NCBI GenBank assembly: GCA_013115145.1
Contig: JAAPAO010000109.1
Coordinates: 10,816-74,815, forward strand
Direction: 5' to 3'
DNA length: 64,000 bases
Source of the DNA: Perkinsus chesapeaki ATCC PRA-425
Lineage: Eukaryota > Protista > Perkinsozoa
Shown: in pieces, positions 15,001 to 30,000 of the stretch
How positions within the stretch are numbered: position 1 is the first letter of the stretch
Layout: every line of letters starts with the position of its first letter
Notes under the pieces: model-generated
Told to the model about the DNA's origin: nothing
The model's database searches: none
The model's input: the letters and a program-made list of their open reading frames with translations, nothing else
Position numbers and translations under genes: made by a program

Positions 15001-18000
15001 TCCAAGGCAGAAAGTTGATGGCCCAATTTAGTAGCCAAACACGTTGACACAGTGCTGCCAAACCTGGCAACATGTCTCAATGATAGTGAGCTTGTAAGCA
15101 TAGCTGTATCGAATACAGTTAAGCTTGAGCCCAGATTGGCTGTTGCACTGATGCTTAGACCACTACCAAGTCTCGAAAAGGATCGGAGTGACATTGAGCT
15201 GCCAAGGCTAAGATAATCCAAAATGGACAAGTCCTTGCCGAGTCGTACGCTAGCCATAGAGGAAAGCAGAGAGCCAATTCGGCTGAAGCTCCGTAAAGAC
15301 AGGGACGATGCCACTACGGAGCAGTCCAGAGTTGAGAGAGTCGAACCAAGCCGCGCGGCACCGATCGCTGACACTGAGCTACCGAGGCGAGAGTAAGATC
15401 TCAGAGATATAGCACTGCCGAAGTTGATCAAGTCGACGACCGAGCAACGCTTACCGAGAGATATATCGGATAGGAGGGATGCGGTCGAACCGAGACGAAC
15501 AATACTTCTGACCGACAGAGAACTGCTCATATGAACAAAGCTCAAACATGAAAGGCTACTACTGAGCCTTGTGGAGCTGGATACAGACATGTGGCTGCCT
15601 ATCCTCATCATGGACCTCAAGGAAAGAGAGCTTCCCAAGGAAACCCTGTCAAGGACGGAGAGGGTACTACTCAACCTTGCACAAGATACCAGGGATAGGC
15701 TACTACCCAGTCTTGCAAATGAGCTTAACGATAGTGCACTACCTAGTGACGCTGAAGAGAGTGTTGATACCACTCTGCCAAACTGAGCAGAGGAGAATAC
15801 ACTCATAACACTGCCAAGGCGACTAGCGCTTCTTAGGGAAAGAGAGCTACCGATGGTGCAGTAATCTAAGGCCGTAAGCTTGGATCCCAAACGGCAGAAG
15901 CTCCGGAAGGATAGAGAACTACCAAAGTTAGCTACATTAACAACTGATAGACAAGAGCCGAGTGTTGCGCGCCCAAGAGCTGAAACAGAGGATCCCAAGC
16001 GAGCAAGGCTTCGTAAAGAGAGGGAGCTCGCAAGAGATGCTGCGTCTAGGACAGAATAGGAGCCTCCACAACGGCCTGTAGAGAACGCAGAGAAGCTGCT
16101 TCCTAGGCGTGCGGTAGACCTGAGTGATAATGAACTACCAAGGTTAATGTAATCAAGGACGGTAGCACTAGAACCAAGCCTTGAGAATGAACGGAGGGAC
16201 AACGAACTGCCAAAGCTAGCTCCGGCAAGTACTGACGAGGAAGCGCCAAGTTGGCATTTAGAGTAGACAGACAGTCCACTACCAAGCCTAGCCACTGAGC
16301 GTAGTGAAAGAGTAGACCCGAAGGACGCGTGATCAATAAGACTCATAGAAGATGAGAAGCGCGCCAGTCCAAGCAAGCTAATACCACTACCAAGCCTCGC
16401 CAAGGACCGAAGGGATAGGGATGTACCGATATTACTAGTATCTAACACCGATAGCGTTGAACCAAATGTTGCTCTTCCAAGAGTGCTAGCTGTAGACCCC
16501 AGACGGACAAAGCTTCTGAGGGACAGTACGCTTGCAAGTTGGACATAAGCAACCACGCTTGTCTTGCTACCAAGCCTTGCAAACGTCCTCAAGGATAAGC
16601 TGCTACCTAGAGTAAACTTATCCAGGACAGACGTTGAAGAGCCGCACGTCACAGTACTCATCACGGACATAACACTACCGAGCCGCGCAAGACTCCTTAT
16701 GGAGAGAGCACTACCGAATGTGGCGTAGTCAAGTAAGGATGCTGACAGACCGAAGCGAGTAAGACTTGAGATGCTCAGCCCGCTACCAAGGCGAGCCGTG
16801 CTCCTCAGAGACACTGAGCTACCGATATTTACCAAGTCTAGAACAGTAAGATCTGACCAGCACCGTATATGGCTACCTAGTCGACTGAAGCTTCTTAGTG
16901 AAAGAGAGCTGCCGACAGTGAGAGAGTTGAGAACTGAAAGAGAGGATCCGAGGGTACTTCCAGCAAATACGGATATTGAGCTGCCGAATCTGGTTACTGC
17001 ACGGACAGAGAGCGAACTGCCAAGATGTAGGAAGTCGATAACAGTAGCTTTACTGCCGAGTCTAGTAAAGCTCCTCAACGACAAGGAGCTGCCAAGATTG
17101 ACAGAGCCTAGGACTGTAAGGCCACTGCCAAACATGGTCTGGCTAGTCACAGATAGGGCGCTACCAAGGCGGAAGAAACCTCGTACAGATAGAGAACTGC
17201 CTAGTAGAGCAGCGTCGATGACCGAGGTGTGGCTTCCCAGTCTACTGAAGGAACGGAGAGAAAGAGAGCTGCCAAGAGCGACTTGCTCGAGGACCGTCAA
17301 CTCGCTACCATATCTGGCGAAAGACCGTACTGAGAGTGAGCTACCAAGGGTGGTGGCAGCGAGTACGGAGATGGAAGAACCCAACTGCGCCGTACAATAG
17401 GTAGAGGTACTACTGCCAAATCTAACCATAGCACGGAGAGACAGCGTACTGCCGAGGTTCATCATGTTGAAGATACTCGCTGTAGAACCGAACCATGCCA
17501 TGCCGGCTATGGAGTAGGTACTGCCAAGGCGGGCAAAGCTACGTAAAGAGCACGAGCTTCCAAGGCTACAAGAGTCGAGGGCTGATAAACTACCAGACAG
17601 CACCGAGCGACCAAGGACCGATGCTACGCTACCAAGCCGAGCAGCACTTCTCAAGGAGAGGGTACTTCCAAGTATCACTGTATCCAACACAGAGAGGCTT
17701 AGGCCCAATCTGGCAAGGTCGAAGACTGATAGTTGGCTTCCAACCCTAGCCAAAGAGCGTAGAGAAAGTGAACTACCAAGGCTGGTGGTGAGCATTATTG
17801 ATAAAGTATCGCCCAAACGAGATTCGCCAAATATCGATACAACACTGCCAAAACGGACAAGTGATCGTACAGAGAGAGAGCTTCCAACTGTGGTGAAGTC
17901 TAGCGTACTGAGAGAGCTACCAAGCTTAGAGGCGCTATAGACGGAGAGGTCACTACCAAAACGGACAATAGCTCTAAGCGATAGAGAGCTCCCAAGGGTA

Positions 18001-21000
18001 GCCGAGTCGAGTGCCGATACTGCTTCACCGAGTCGGATAGCCGACATGATAGAGCAGCCACTACCAAGTCTGGCGAAGCTTCGAAGAGATAAGCCGCTGC
18101 CGAACATTACAGCATCGACAGTTGAGAGTACCGAACCAAAGCGTACGTGAGAGAGTGTTGATAAGGCAGAGCCATGGGAAACAGCCCCGGCAACGGATAA
18201 GCTACTGCCAAGGCGACCAACAGCTCTTAGTGATAGGCTGCTGCCCAAGGCCAGGAAGTCAAGCACTGATGCCTTGCTACCAAACCTCGCGAAACTACGC
18301 AGTGAGAGGGAGCTACCGTAGTGAGCAGCTCCTAGTACCGATACGCTAGATCCGTGTTGCGCAATACCAGTTACGCTCATATACGATCCAAATCTTGCTG
18401 TGCTCCTCAAAGAAAGCGAGCTACCTAATGCCACGAAGTCAAATGCCGAGAGATGGCCTCCAACCATGCCGCTCATTGTAAGCGAAAAGGTGCTGCCAAA
18501 GCGAGCAAATCCACGCAGTGATAGGGCGCTGCCAATCTCAGTGTGGGAGATAACAGACAGGGTGTTTGCAAGGTTGCACGCCTTAAGTACTGATAAAGCA
18601 GATCCAAACCGTGCGAAAGATCGCAGTGATAGTGAGCTGCCTAGGGACGCTTCGGCTAACGCAGATAGCGAACTGCCTAAGGTAGAGCCAGAGAAGGCTG
18701 ATATCGAGGAACCGCACCGGAGTAGGGAACGGAGGGACAGTGAACTAGCTAGAGTAGAGTAATCAAGGACGCTAACAGAGCTACTGAGACGAGCTCTCTC
18801 GAGGAGTGATAGTTCACTACCCATACGAGCCATAGACCTCAATGACAGGGATGAACCGAGGCTCACACAGTCGAGGGCAGAAATGCCACTACCAAGACGA
18901 GCACTCATACCAACCGAAGCGACACTGCCAATTCGGACAAGGCCTCTGAGAGATAGGGAACTGCCCAGAGTGACCAGGTCTAGGACAGTTAAGAAAGAGG
19001 CCAGACTTCCAGAAGCCTTCAAAGACAGCGTACTACCGAAGCGAGCCATGCTTCGCAAGGAGAGGGAGCTGCCCAACGCCGAGGCATCGAAGGCAGACAA
19101 GGTAAGGCCGAGTCTGGCACAGCTCAGCGAACTGACAGCAGAACCTACCAGGCACGAACCTGCTACTGAACTAGCACTGCCGAAGCGAACAAAGGATCTC
19201 AGAGAAAGCGAGCTACCGAAGGTACCGTAGTCCAAAACGGAGAGCTTACTCCCTAGACGAGAGAAGCTTCTGAGAGAAAGGGAGCTTCCAAAGTTAGCAT
19301 TGTCGTACACGGAGAGCACAGCACCGATATCAGTAGCCGCGTGAGCAGATACAGTGGAGCCCAGAGCTGTAGCTGAGGCCACTGAGATGGAACTACCCAG
19401 CCTAGCAAAACTGCGGACAGAGAGGCTACTGCCTAATGCCAAGGCATCCAAGATGCTCAACTTGCTACCGAATCTAGCAAAGCTTCGTAAAGATAGAGAG
19501 CTACCCAAATGACCCACGCCAACAGTGCTTAGTGATGCAGCATAAGCTCCTCCGACTGCCGATAGAGAGGAGCCAATCCTAGCAACTGACCGAACTGATA
19601 AACTGCTACCCAGAAGGATATAGTCCAGCACCGAGGCACTGATGCCAATCCTGCTATGGGACGCTACCGACACAGATGAACCAAAGCGTGCAATGCTTCG
19701 GACTGATAGTGAGCTACCAAGCTGGACAAGATCGACAATAGAGAGAGTGCTGCCTAGTCTAGCGTTATCCAAAACCGAGAGAGAGCTACCAAATCTGGCG
19801 AGTTGCCTTACAGAAAGAGAGCTCCCTAAACAGGTGTAGTCTAGGACGGAGACTTTGCTACCAAGGCGGGCAAAGGATCTCAATGAAAGAGAGCTACCAA
19901 AGTTCGAAGTTCCGATAGCAGAGAGGCTTGCACTCAATAATGCATTGTTAGTCGCTGACAATGTAGATCCGAATCTAGCCATCGAGCGTAAGGATAGGCT
20001 GCTACCCAAGGTCATATAGTCAAGTGCTGAGACACTGCTGCCTAACCTAGAGAATGACCTCAATGATAGGGAGCTGCCAAAGGTAACCTGTGAGAGGATC
20101 GTTAGCTGTGCACCAAGGAGCATGTCACTATACACCGACATAGAGCTGCCGCATCTCGCAACTGCCCGCAAAGACAGTGAGCTGCCGAGGGCAGTGGTGT
20201 CAAGAACGCTCAAGCCCCTGCCAAGACGAGTTTTCGAAAACACGGAGGCACTGCTGCCAAATCTAGCCACAGCCCGTAGAGACAAGGAACTGCCAAGAGC
20301 GGAGGCATCGAGAGCGGACAACTTGGAACCCAGCGACGCTTGGCCATAGACAGAAGCGGAGCTACCCACCCTAAACATAGCTCTCACCGAGAGGGAGCTA
20401 CCCAGAGTGACATAGTCTAATACTGAGATACTCGAGCCGAACCTGCCGTAGCCTCTGAGGGAGAGAGTGCTACCGAGGGCAGTTGTATCAAGTACAGATA
20501 AGGATCCAGACACGCGTGCCCAGGAGAGGATCGATGCAGCACTGCCGACTCTAAGGGAGTCGGTCACAGATATAGCGCTACCGAATCTAGCGAATCCTCG
20601 AAGAGAGAGGGAACTACCAAGCTCCGACGCGTCAAGAACAGATAAGGACAAGCCTAGTTTAGATGCACCATAAACAGATGTCCTGCTTCCTAACCTTGCG
20701 AAGGATCTCAGGGAGACAGAACTACCTACTAGAGCTTGGTCTAGAATGCTGACCTTGCTACCAAGTCTAGCAAATGACCTCAGAGATAGAGAGCTCCCCA
20801 AGGACTGCTGTTTCAGCACCGACATAGTCGAGCCAACCTTACACGTAGAGAAAGTCGAGAGATCGCTGCCCAGTCTAGCAAATGATCGCAGTGAGAGAGC
20901 ACTACCGAACGTGGCAGCTTCGAGCACCGATAGATATTGACCAATTCTAGCGCCACAGAGCATGGACATAGCACTGCCTACACGGCACATGCTGCGTAAT

Positions 21001-24000
21001 GATAGGCTGCTTGCTAGGGTAGTGCAGTCAAGGACAGAGATACTACTAGCCAATCGGCCGGTTGCCAGCACTGACACCGAGCTACCGAATCGTGCAACTG
21101 CTCGGAGTGAGAGGCTACTGCCCAAGTGCGTGAAGGAGACGGTACTAATGGAGGCTCCCAGACGAGAATCAGATGCAACCGAGAGAGAAGAACCCAGGCG
21201 AAGCAGGGACCTCACCGACAAGCTGCTACCAAGACTGATACTATCAAGCAAGGATACAGCCTGCGACAGCATGGATCGGCCAACGACTGACACCGTACTG
21301 CCAAAGCGAGCCAAACTCCTGACTGATAGAGAGCTACCGAGTATGGCTAGGTCAAGGGTACTAAGGGAAGATCCAAGGCGAGCATATCCAAATGTTGAGA
21401 TAGTACTGCCTACTCTAGCCAAGGATTGCAAAGACAGGCTGCTGCCTAATGTAATATAATCCAGGATAGACAGACTAGATCCCATTCTACCAAGGCCAAA
21501 TACAGAGGCAGAACTACCAAGCCGGACGAAGCTCCTTAAGGAGAGCGAACTGCCTAAGGCCGTGAAGTCCAATACGGAAAGACTATCGCCTAGCTGTGCA
21601 GAGCTCAGTGTAGAGCAACTACTTCCAATGCGAAGGAATGACCGTAGGGATAGTGAGCTACCACAATGAACTTGATCGATGACCGAGAGGGACTGTCCCA
21701 TGCTAGTAGCCGCAAATGCCGACAAGGAACTGCCTAGCCTCGTAGCAGATCGAAGCGAAAGAGATGATCCAAAGTTGGTATAATCTAATACACTCAGTTT
21801 GGATCCGAATCTCGCCAAAGACCGCAGAGACATAGACGAGCCAAGGGTTAGTGAGTCGAGGGTGGAAAGGCTCTCTCCCAATAGGGTTCTGGAGGCAGTG
21901 CTCACAACACTACCAAATCTAGCAAGCGATCGTACAGAAAGTGAGCTTCCAACCAAAACGAAGTCGAGTACAGAGGCCTTACTGCCAAGTCTAGAGTAAC
22001 TACGTAGAGAGAGTGAGCTGCCAAAGTGCACATGACCCAGAGCGGAGAGGGAATCACCTAGACGAGTTGACGCAGCAACCGAGAGAGTGCTAGCGAGCCT
22101 GGTGTGTCCACGGACTGATAGAGAGCTACCAAGTATAAGGTAGTCTATAGTCGATACTTTACTACCGCACCTGGCAAAGCTTCTTAAGGATAAGCTACTA
22201 CCGAAGTTAACACAACCTATAACTGTTGCATGACTGCCGAAGGTAGAAGCCGATGACACTGAGAGGACCGAGCCAAAGCGTGTGAACCCACGAAGGGACA
22301 TGGTGCTGCCAAGGTTGATGCAGTCTAGGACGGATAAGGTCTCGCCTAAACGAGTGGTTGATAGAACCGTAAGTGTACTTCCTAAGCGGGCAAACTGTGT
22401 GACAGAAAGGGAGCTTCCTAGCGATAGAAAGTCTAATACGGTCAAATGTGAGCCAAACCTCGCGAACGAGCGAACCGAGAGAGAACTGCCCAAGGTGATA
22501 GCATCCAAGACACTTAATGTCGTACCGAGTTGGGTAGCTGCAGTGGTAGATAAAACGCTGCCGAGCCTCACCAACGATCTAACAGATAGCGAGCTACCGA
22601 GCGTTACAGCGTCGAGCACTGATAGCGCTGCGCCGGCCAGTGCGGTGGCCTTGGCCGAGATGGAGCTACCTATCCTGGCGAATGTTCGCAGGGAGAGTGA
22701 GCTACCGAGCCCAGCCCAGTCCAATGCTGATATACTTGAGCCCAGCCTTGAGCTCTCTACTACAGATAGACTGCTGCCTATCCTCAAGAATCCGCGAAGA
22801 GAGAGCGAGCTACCTAGGCTAACCATATCTAGAACAGAGAGGCTACTTCCAAGTCGAGTGATATCAAAGACCGACATAACGCTACCAACTCTTGAGGCTC
22901 CTCGTAGAGAAAGTGAGGAGCCAAAGGAAGTATAATCAAGTATGGTTAACTTGCTCCCTAGACGAGCAAAGCTTCGAAGAGATAAACAACTGCCGAAGCT
23001 AGCCTGCTTGAGAACTGAAAGGGAGTCTCCAATACGTGTGTGGCTGGCTATAGACAAGTCACTTCCTACTCGAGCCATTGACCTTACAGATAGTGAGCTG
23101 CCAAGCGTTATGTAATCCAGAACTGTCACAGAACTGGACAGTCTAGCAAATGACCGCAATGACAGGCTACTGCCAAAAATAGCACTGTCCAGAACTGATA
23201 GCTCAGCTCCCAAACGTGATAAGGATATAACAGACACCGAACTGCCCAGTCGAAGAACATCGCGTAATGACAATGAGCTACCAAGAGTAACGTGATCAAA
23301 TACGGTGAGGGCACTGCCTAGTCTAGCAAAAGACCTCAGAGATAAAGAGCTTCCGAACCAAGCGCTATCAAGGACACTCATGGTGCTGCCTAGTCTGGTG
23401 CGGTCCAACGCGGAAAGGGCACTTCCAAGCTCGGTCGTATCCATCACTGTTAACGAGCTGCCAATGCGTAAGAATGAGCGGAGTGACAGAGCACTGCCAA
23501 GAGTGCACTGGGCCAAGGTAGAAAGAGTCGTACCGATTCGAGCACACTGACTAACGGTAAGAGCGCTTCCGGCCCTGAGGATTGCCCGTAGGGAAAGACT
23601 GCTGCCGATAGTGGCAAAGTCCAACACGGTCGCTTTACTACCGAGCCGAGCAAATGACCGAAGACTTAAAGAGCTGCCAAATGCTACGGTATCCAACACG
23701 GATGCTGAGCTACCCAACCTGGACCAATCTAGGACAGATACGGAGCTACCAATGCGAGCCAGAGAGAAAACAGACAATCCACTGCCGAGCCTAGTGCAGT
23801 CGCGTAGTGATAGAGAGCTACCTAGTTGAAGGTAGTCCAGGATTGACACCTTGCTAGAAAGTCGAGCAAAGCTCCTCAGTGATAGGCTACTGCCGAATTC
23901 GGCACTCTCAATAACTGATAATGCCTTTCCTAGGCTAGCGTCACCAAACACACTCAAGTGACTACCAAGACGGATGATTGACCTTAGCGAAAGGGAGCTA

Positions 24001-27000
24001 CCAAATAACGCGCTGTCAGCTACCGAGAGCTTATCGGAAAAGCGAGCCATTTTGGCCAGAGAGAGGCTGCTGCCCAGGATGACGTAATCGAGTACAGACA
24101 TCTTGCTACCATGACGGACAAATGATCGCACCGATAAAGAGCTACCCAGGGTAGTAGAATCTAGAACAGTGAAGGACTGGCCACATCTAGCTGATGATAG
24201 CAAAGACAGAGAGCTACCGCATCTAAGCATAGCTCTCAGAGAAAGAGTGCTGCCCAGAGAGCACTGGTCTAATGCAGTTAGGGCACTCCCTAAACGAGAT
24301 GTGCTCATTACTGATACAGAGCTCCCCAATCTAGTCATAGATCTTATAGACATCGATGAGCCAAGGTTAAGGAAGTCCAGTATTGATGCCTTTGAACCCA
24401 TCCTAGCGAAGGACCGGAGTGATAGAGAACTGCCTAGTGCTGTTTGCCCAAGTGTGGACGTAAAGGTGCCAACCCTCGCCCAGTCGAGGCAAGAGAACGA
24501 TGAGCCAAGGCGGGAAGCTCCGACAACCGAGAGGCTGCTGCCAAGACGGAGGAATGTGCGAAGGGAGAGACTGGAACCAAACTTGGCCATATCAACGACG
24601 GATAGGCCACTGCCGAGCCGAAGCGTACTCCACACTGAGCAGCTGCTGCCAAAGCGCCCATAGTTGCGGATTGACATAGAGCTACCGAGGTTTACCATGT
24701 CAAGTGTAGAGAGCTTACTGCCGAGCCTAGCGAAGGAGCGTAACGATAGAGAGCTACCAAATGCCACAGCATTAAGTACCGAGACACGATTACCGAATTC
24801 AGCAACTCCGAGGGCAGACAACGCGTCCCCTAAAGCACCGCGGCCTTGTACCGATACACTACTGCCAAAACGAGCGAATGACCGTACAGAAAGAGAGCTG
24901 CCCAGACTAGTGGTGTCAAGAGCAGATAGTGTGGCACCGACACGACAGGCAGAGAATGTAGAGAGAGAGCTACCGAGTCGGGCGAAGGAGCGGAGGGAAA
25001 CAGAGCTGCTCACTGTTGCATAGTCGAGGACAGAGAAGGTAAGACCAAGCCTAGCTGCCTTTAAAACAGATAGGCTACTGCCAACTTTGGCCATACTTCG
25101 GACAGACAGCGTACTCCCCAAATGAACCGAGTCGAGAACACTGAGGGTAGTACCAGCCCGAGCAAGAGCAGCGACTGAGACTACGCTACCCAATCGAGAG
25201 AAGCCTCTCATTGAAAGGGTGCTGCCAAAGTTGACTACATCCAGTACCGAGAGATCGAGGCCAAACCTAGCTGATCGAATAGCACTGACCGCAGAGCCAG
25301 CCCGCAGTAGAGATCGTAAAGATACGGTGGAACCGAAGAAAGCAGAGTCAATAACCGAGAGGCTGCTTGATAGCCTTGCCTTAGAAATGATAGACAGTGA
25401 ACTACCAACCCTGATAAAGTCTCTTAATGATAGACTGGAAGCGAGTGTAGTTAGGTCAAGAATCGACAGAGAGCTTCCTATTCTAGCAGAAGTGAGAACA
25501 CTAAGTGAACTGCCCACACGGAGCATATCGCGTAAAGACAGACTAGATCCCAGTACAGTGAAGTCGAGGACTGAGAGTGTCTCACCCATTCTGGCAGTAT
25601 GTACAAGCGACAGGCTACTGCCTACACGAATAAGCTGTCTAACAGAGAGAGCGCTGCTCAAGATAGCGTAGTCAACAACTGATAGTGATGTGCCCAAGCG
25701 CGTCTTGTCCAAAACAGAAACACCGCTGCCGAACCGACTTATAGCCCGAACCGATAAAGTGCTGCCCAAATGCGTGAAGTCTAGCACAGTAGCCTTGCTT
25801 CCGAGCCTGGCGAAGCTTCGCAGCGATAAGCTGCTACCAAAGCTTGTAGCATCCAATATAGACAAATCCCTACCAAGGCGGGTTGTATCCAAGACAGATA
25901 GTGTCGCTGCCGCTCTAATGCCCTCTATGACAGAAAGGCTACTTCCGCATCGGAGAGCTGCTCTCAGCGACAGGGAACTTCCCAGCGTAGCGAGATCGAG
26001 AACGGATAAAGATTCGCCCAACCTTGCAACTTGGAATGAGGATATACTGCTCCCTAACCTGGCCATAGATCGCATCGATACACTACTAGCCAGGTGCGCG
26101 AAGTCTACCAAGCTAAGCTTGCTACCGAGCCTGGCAAAGCTTCGGAGAGACAGAGTGCTTCCGAACTCTACTTGGTCAATGACGGAGGCAACGCTACCCA
26201 GTTTGGTCCATCCAAGAACGGATAGGCTAGCCCCAGCTCGTACAGGTTCGAGAACAGACAAAGCACTACCCAACTGGCACATGGCTCTTAGTGAGAGAGA
26301 GCTACCTAGAGTACACTCAGAGATAACACTAAGAGTTGCACCCATACGAACACGGCTCATTACTGTTGCTGTACTGCCAAACCTAGCATAGCTTCTAAGT
26401 GACATTGAACTACCGAGATCTACCACATCTAACAGTGACAGGCTAGAACCAAATCGTGCCCTAGCAAGGAGGGTAAGGGTGCTACCAAAGCGAGCAAACG
26501 ATCGAAGGGACATCGAGCTACCCATATCAATGGTTGATATAACCGATAAAGTATCAGACAGCCTAGTAGATGATGCTACCGATAGCGATGAGCCAAACCT
26601 CATAAAGGAGCGTAACGATAGAGCACTGCTGAGAGTAGTACAGTCAAGGACAGTAAGAGAGGACCCCAAAATGGAACCAGCGAGTATAGATATACCACTG
26701 CCGTACCGAGTAAAGCTGCGTAGTGATATTGTACTACCAAAGTTAAGTGCGTCAAGTACGGATAGGTCACGGCCAAAGCGAGCACCCTCACGCGTCGAGA
26801 GACTACTACCAAGTCGAGCGAATGACCTCACCGACAGCGAGGAACCTATTCGGACGAAGTCTAGGATTGTTGCGTACTTGCCAAGTCTTGCAAAGTTCCT
26901 TAGGGATAAGGAGCTTCCCAGGTGTGCATAGCTAAGCACACTAATCGAGTCGCCAACCTTACACCAGTCAAGAACGCTTGCACAGCTGCCAATCCTAGCC

Positions 27001-30000
27001 AACCCCAGTATGCTGAGACCACTACCGATACGAGAGAAGCTTCTCAGTGACAAAGAGCTACCGATATTAGCTGCTTCGATAACCGATAGCGCTGCACCAC
27101 AACTAGCTGAGCTAAGTGTGGATACCGTACTGCCAAGCCTTGCAAAGCTACGCAGGGATAGAGAGCTACCAAGGATACTCTGGTCTAAAAGTGATGCCGA
27201 GGAACCATAGCGTATGATGGATTGAAGGGAAAGTGATGAACCAAGACGACAAGCTGCCCGTAAAGAGAGGGAACTTGCAAGGCTGGTCCACGATAGTGCT
27301 GTAAGTGATGCTCCCAATCTTGTAGCACACAAGGCCGAGACCGTGCTCCCTAGGCGTACGACCGATCTGACAGACAGCGACGTAGCGCAGACTGCAAAGT
27401 CCATAACGGACAAGGAGGAGGATAGTCGCGTCTGTGACAGCACGCTGATAGAGCTACCAAACCGCGTGAACCCTCTCAGAGATAGAGAACTGCCTAGAAG
27501 GGTGCAGTCAAGTGCTGTTAGGTCCTTGCCGAGCCTGGTACCCAACACAGTAGAGATGGATGATCCAAATCGTATAAACTCTCTCAGTGATACCGCACTT
27601 CCAAAGGATACGAAATCGAGGACTGATGCACTACTGCCAAGCCTAGATACAGCATAGAGCGATAGAGAACTTCCAAGCCTTATGGTAGAACGAAGGCTCA
27701 GAGAGCTAGCAAGCCCTGTGAAGTCTAATACGGATAGAGTGTCAGATATTCTCATACTGGAAAGGATCGATGCAACACTACCTAGCCTCACAGTCGCACG
27801 AATAGAAACAGAGCTACCCAAGTGAGTGTAATCCAAGACCGACAAGCTGCTGCCCATCCTTGTCTTAGAGAGCATTGAGATACCTGAGCCGAAGCGGCAG
27901 AAAGACCTCAGTGATAGGGAGCTCCCGAGGGAGGTAGAGTCGAGTACTGAAGCAACACTTCCCATTGTCATTGAAGCTATAACCGATACCGTACTGCCTG
28001 CTCTAGCCACTGCCCTTATTGACAAAGTACTTCCAAGGGTCACTGCATCCAGGACTGATAATACTGAGCCAAACCTGGATGTACTATACACTGAGAGACC
28101 ACTGCCGAAGCGCATCATACCACGCAGAGATAGGCTGCTACCAAGAGTGCTCCATCCGAGGACTGAAAGGCTACTACCTAGCCTAGACACGCTGTAGACT
28201 GACAGTGTGCTGCCAAGTCGAGCACTAGATCGAATACTTATTAGGCTACCCAAGTTAACATGGTCAAGCGTACTTAGAGTGCTGCCTAAACGAGTTGTCC
28301 CATAGCAGCTCATAGTGCTGCCCTGCCTCACAAAGGACCTCAAGGATAGTGAGCTACCAAAGTCTACACTATCCAGGACAGATAGGGTTAAACCCATCCT
28401 GGCCTGTGCGAACATACTCACTGAGGACCCTTGACGAATGAACGACCTTAAAGAGAGGCTACTGCCGAACTTGACTGCATCCAGTATTGAGAGCTCTCCA
28501 TGTAACCTCTGATATCCATAAGCAGAGATGTTACTTCCAAGCCTAGCAAATGAGCGCAGGGACAACGAGCTACCAAGCCCAATAGCATCCAAAACAGAGA
28601 GGGTAGACCCTAGCCGTGACATTGACAGAGTTGACAGAGAGCTCCCGAGCCTTGTAGCTGCCCGGACGGACAACGATGACCCGACTCCGATGAAATCAAG
28701 TACTGACATGCTACCACCATAGCGAGCGATACCATAGGCGGATATTCGACTGCCTAGACGAGTCAGTGACCTTACGGACAACGAGCTTGAGAAGGTACCA
28801 AAGTCGAGCAATGATAGTGAGCTACCAAACCTTAAAGATGAAAAGACAGATATACCACTGCCACATCTAGAGAAACCTCGAAGGGATAGAGAGCTACCTA
28901 CAGTTGTATAAGCTAGAGTGGATAGGGATTTACCAAGTCTGCTCCAAGACGCCACTGACAGATTGCTACCAAACCTAATGTAGCTCCTTAGGGACAATGC
29001 ACTTCCCATGGTGACATAATCAATAATAGAGCCAGAAGACCCTAACCGAGCCAGGCCCAACAGTGAGCAAGCACTACCAAGACGGGCAAAGGTACGGAGA
29101 GATAGGGAACTACCCAATTGAAGGAAGTCGAGGGCAGTTACGTGTGAGGCAAAGCGAGCTAGACCCATAACGGATACACTACTGCCTGCTCTAGCGTATG
29201 ATCGTAGGGAGATAGAGCTACCCAAAGTACTCCATTTCATGACAGATACACCACTAGAGAACCGAGCAAGAGCGAAGGCCGATAAGGTAGAGCCTAGTCT
29301 GGCAAATGATCTCAGGGAAACAGCGCTAGCTAAGCTGGTATAGTCTAATATGGAAGTAGCACTACCAAAGCGGGCAAGACCATATAAGGATAGGCTGCTG
29401 CCTGCCCTCATCATACATCTTAGGGACATAGCTGATCCCATATTGGCAAAGGAAAGGGTTGAGATAGAACCACTTATCCTTACCCCAGATAAGGTTGATA
29501 GTGTACTCCCTAATCTAACCAGGTTACGGACTGATAGGGCACTACCACAATGACCAAAATCAAGCAAAGAGAGGGAGTCACCAAATCTAACAGTGCTTAG
29601 AGAAGACAGTGTACTGCCAAGGCGGGCAAAAGATCGCAATGACATTGTGCTACCGAGATGGCACTCGCAAAGAGCAGTGAGGGCATGCCCTACTGCGGTC
29701 TTAGAGAAAGCTGATAAGGTGCTGCCAACCCTTGTGAAGGCTCTCAATGATAGGCTGCTACCTAGAGTAACAAAATCCAACACTGAGAGAGTACTGCCAA
29801 CCTTTGCAAGAGAGAGCATAGATAGACTGCTGCCCAGCCGGGAGCTGCCACGGATAGACAGGCTACTAGCTAGCGTCGAATAATCTACCAAGGACATGGA
29901 AGAACCAAAACGAAGAGCGCTGTAGACTGACATTTTACTACCAAACCGAGCAAAGCCTCGGAGAGATAGAGAACTCCCTAAAGCCATCGAATCCAGAACC

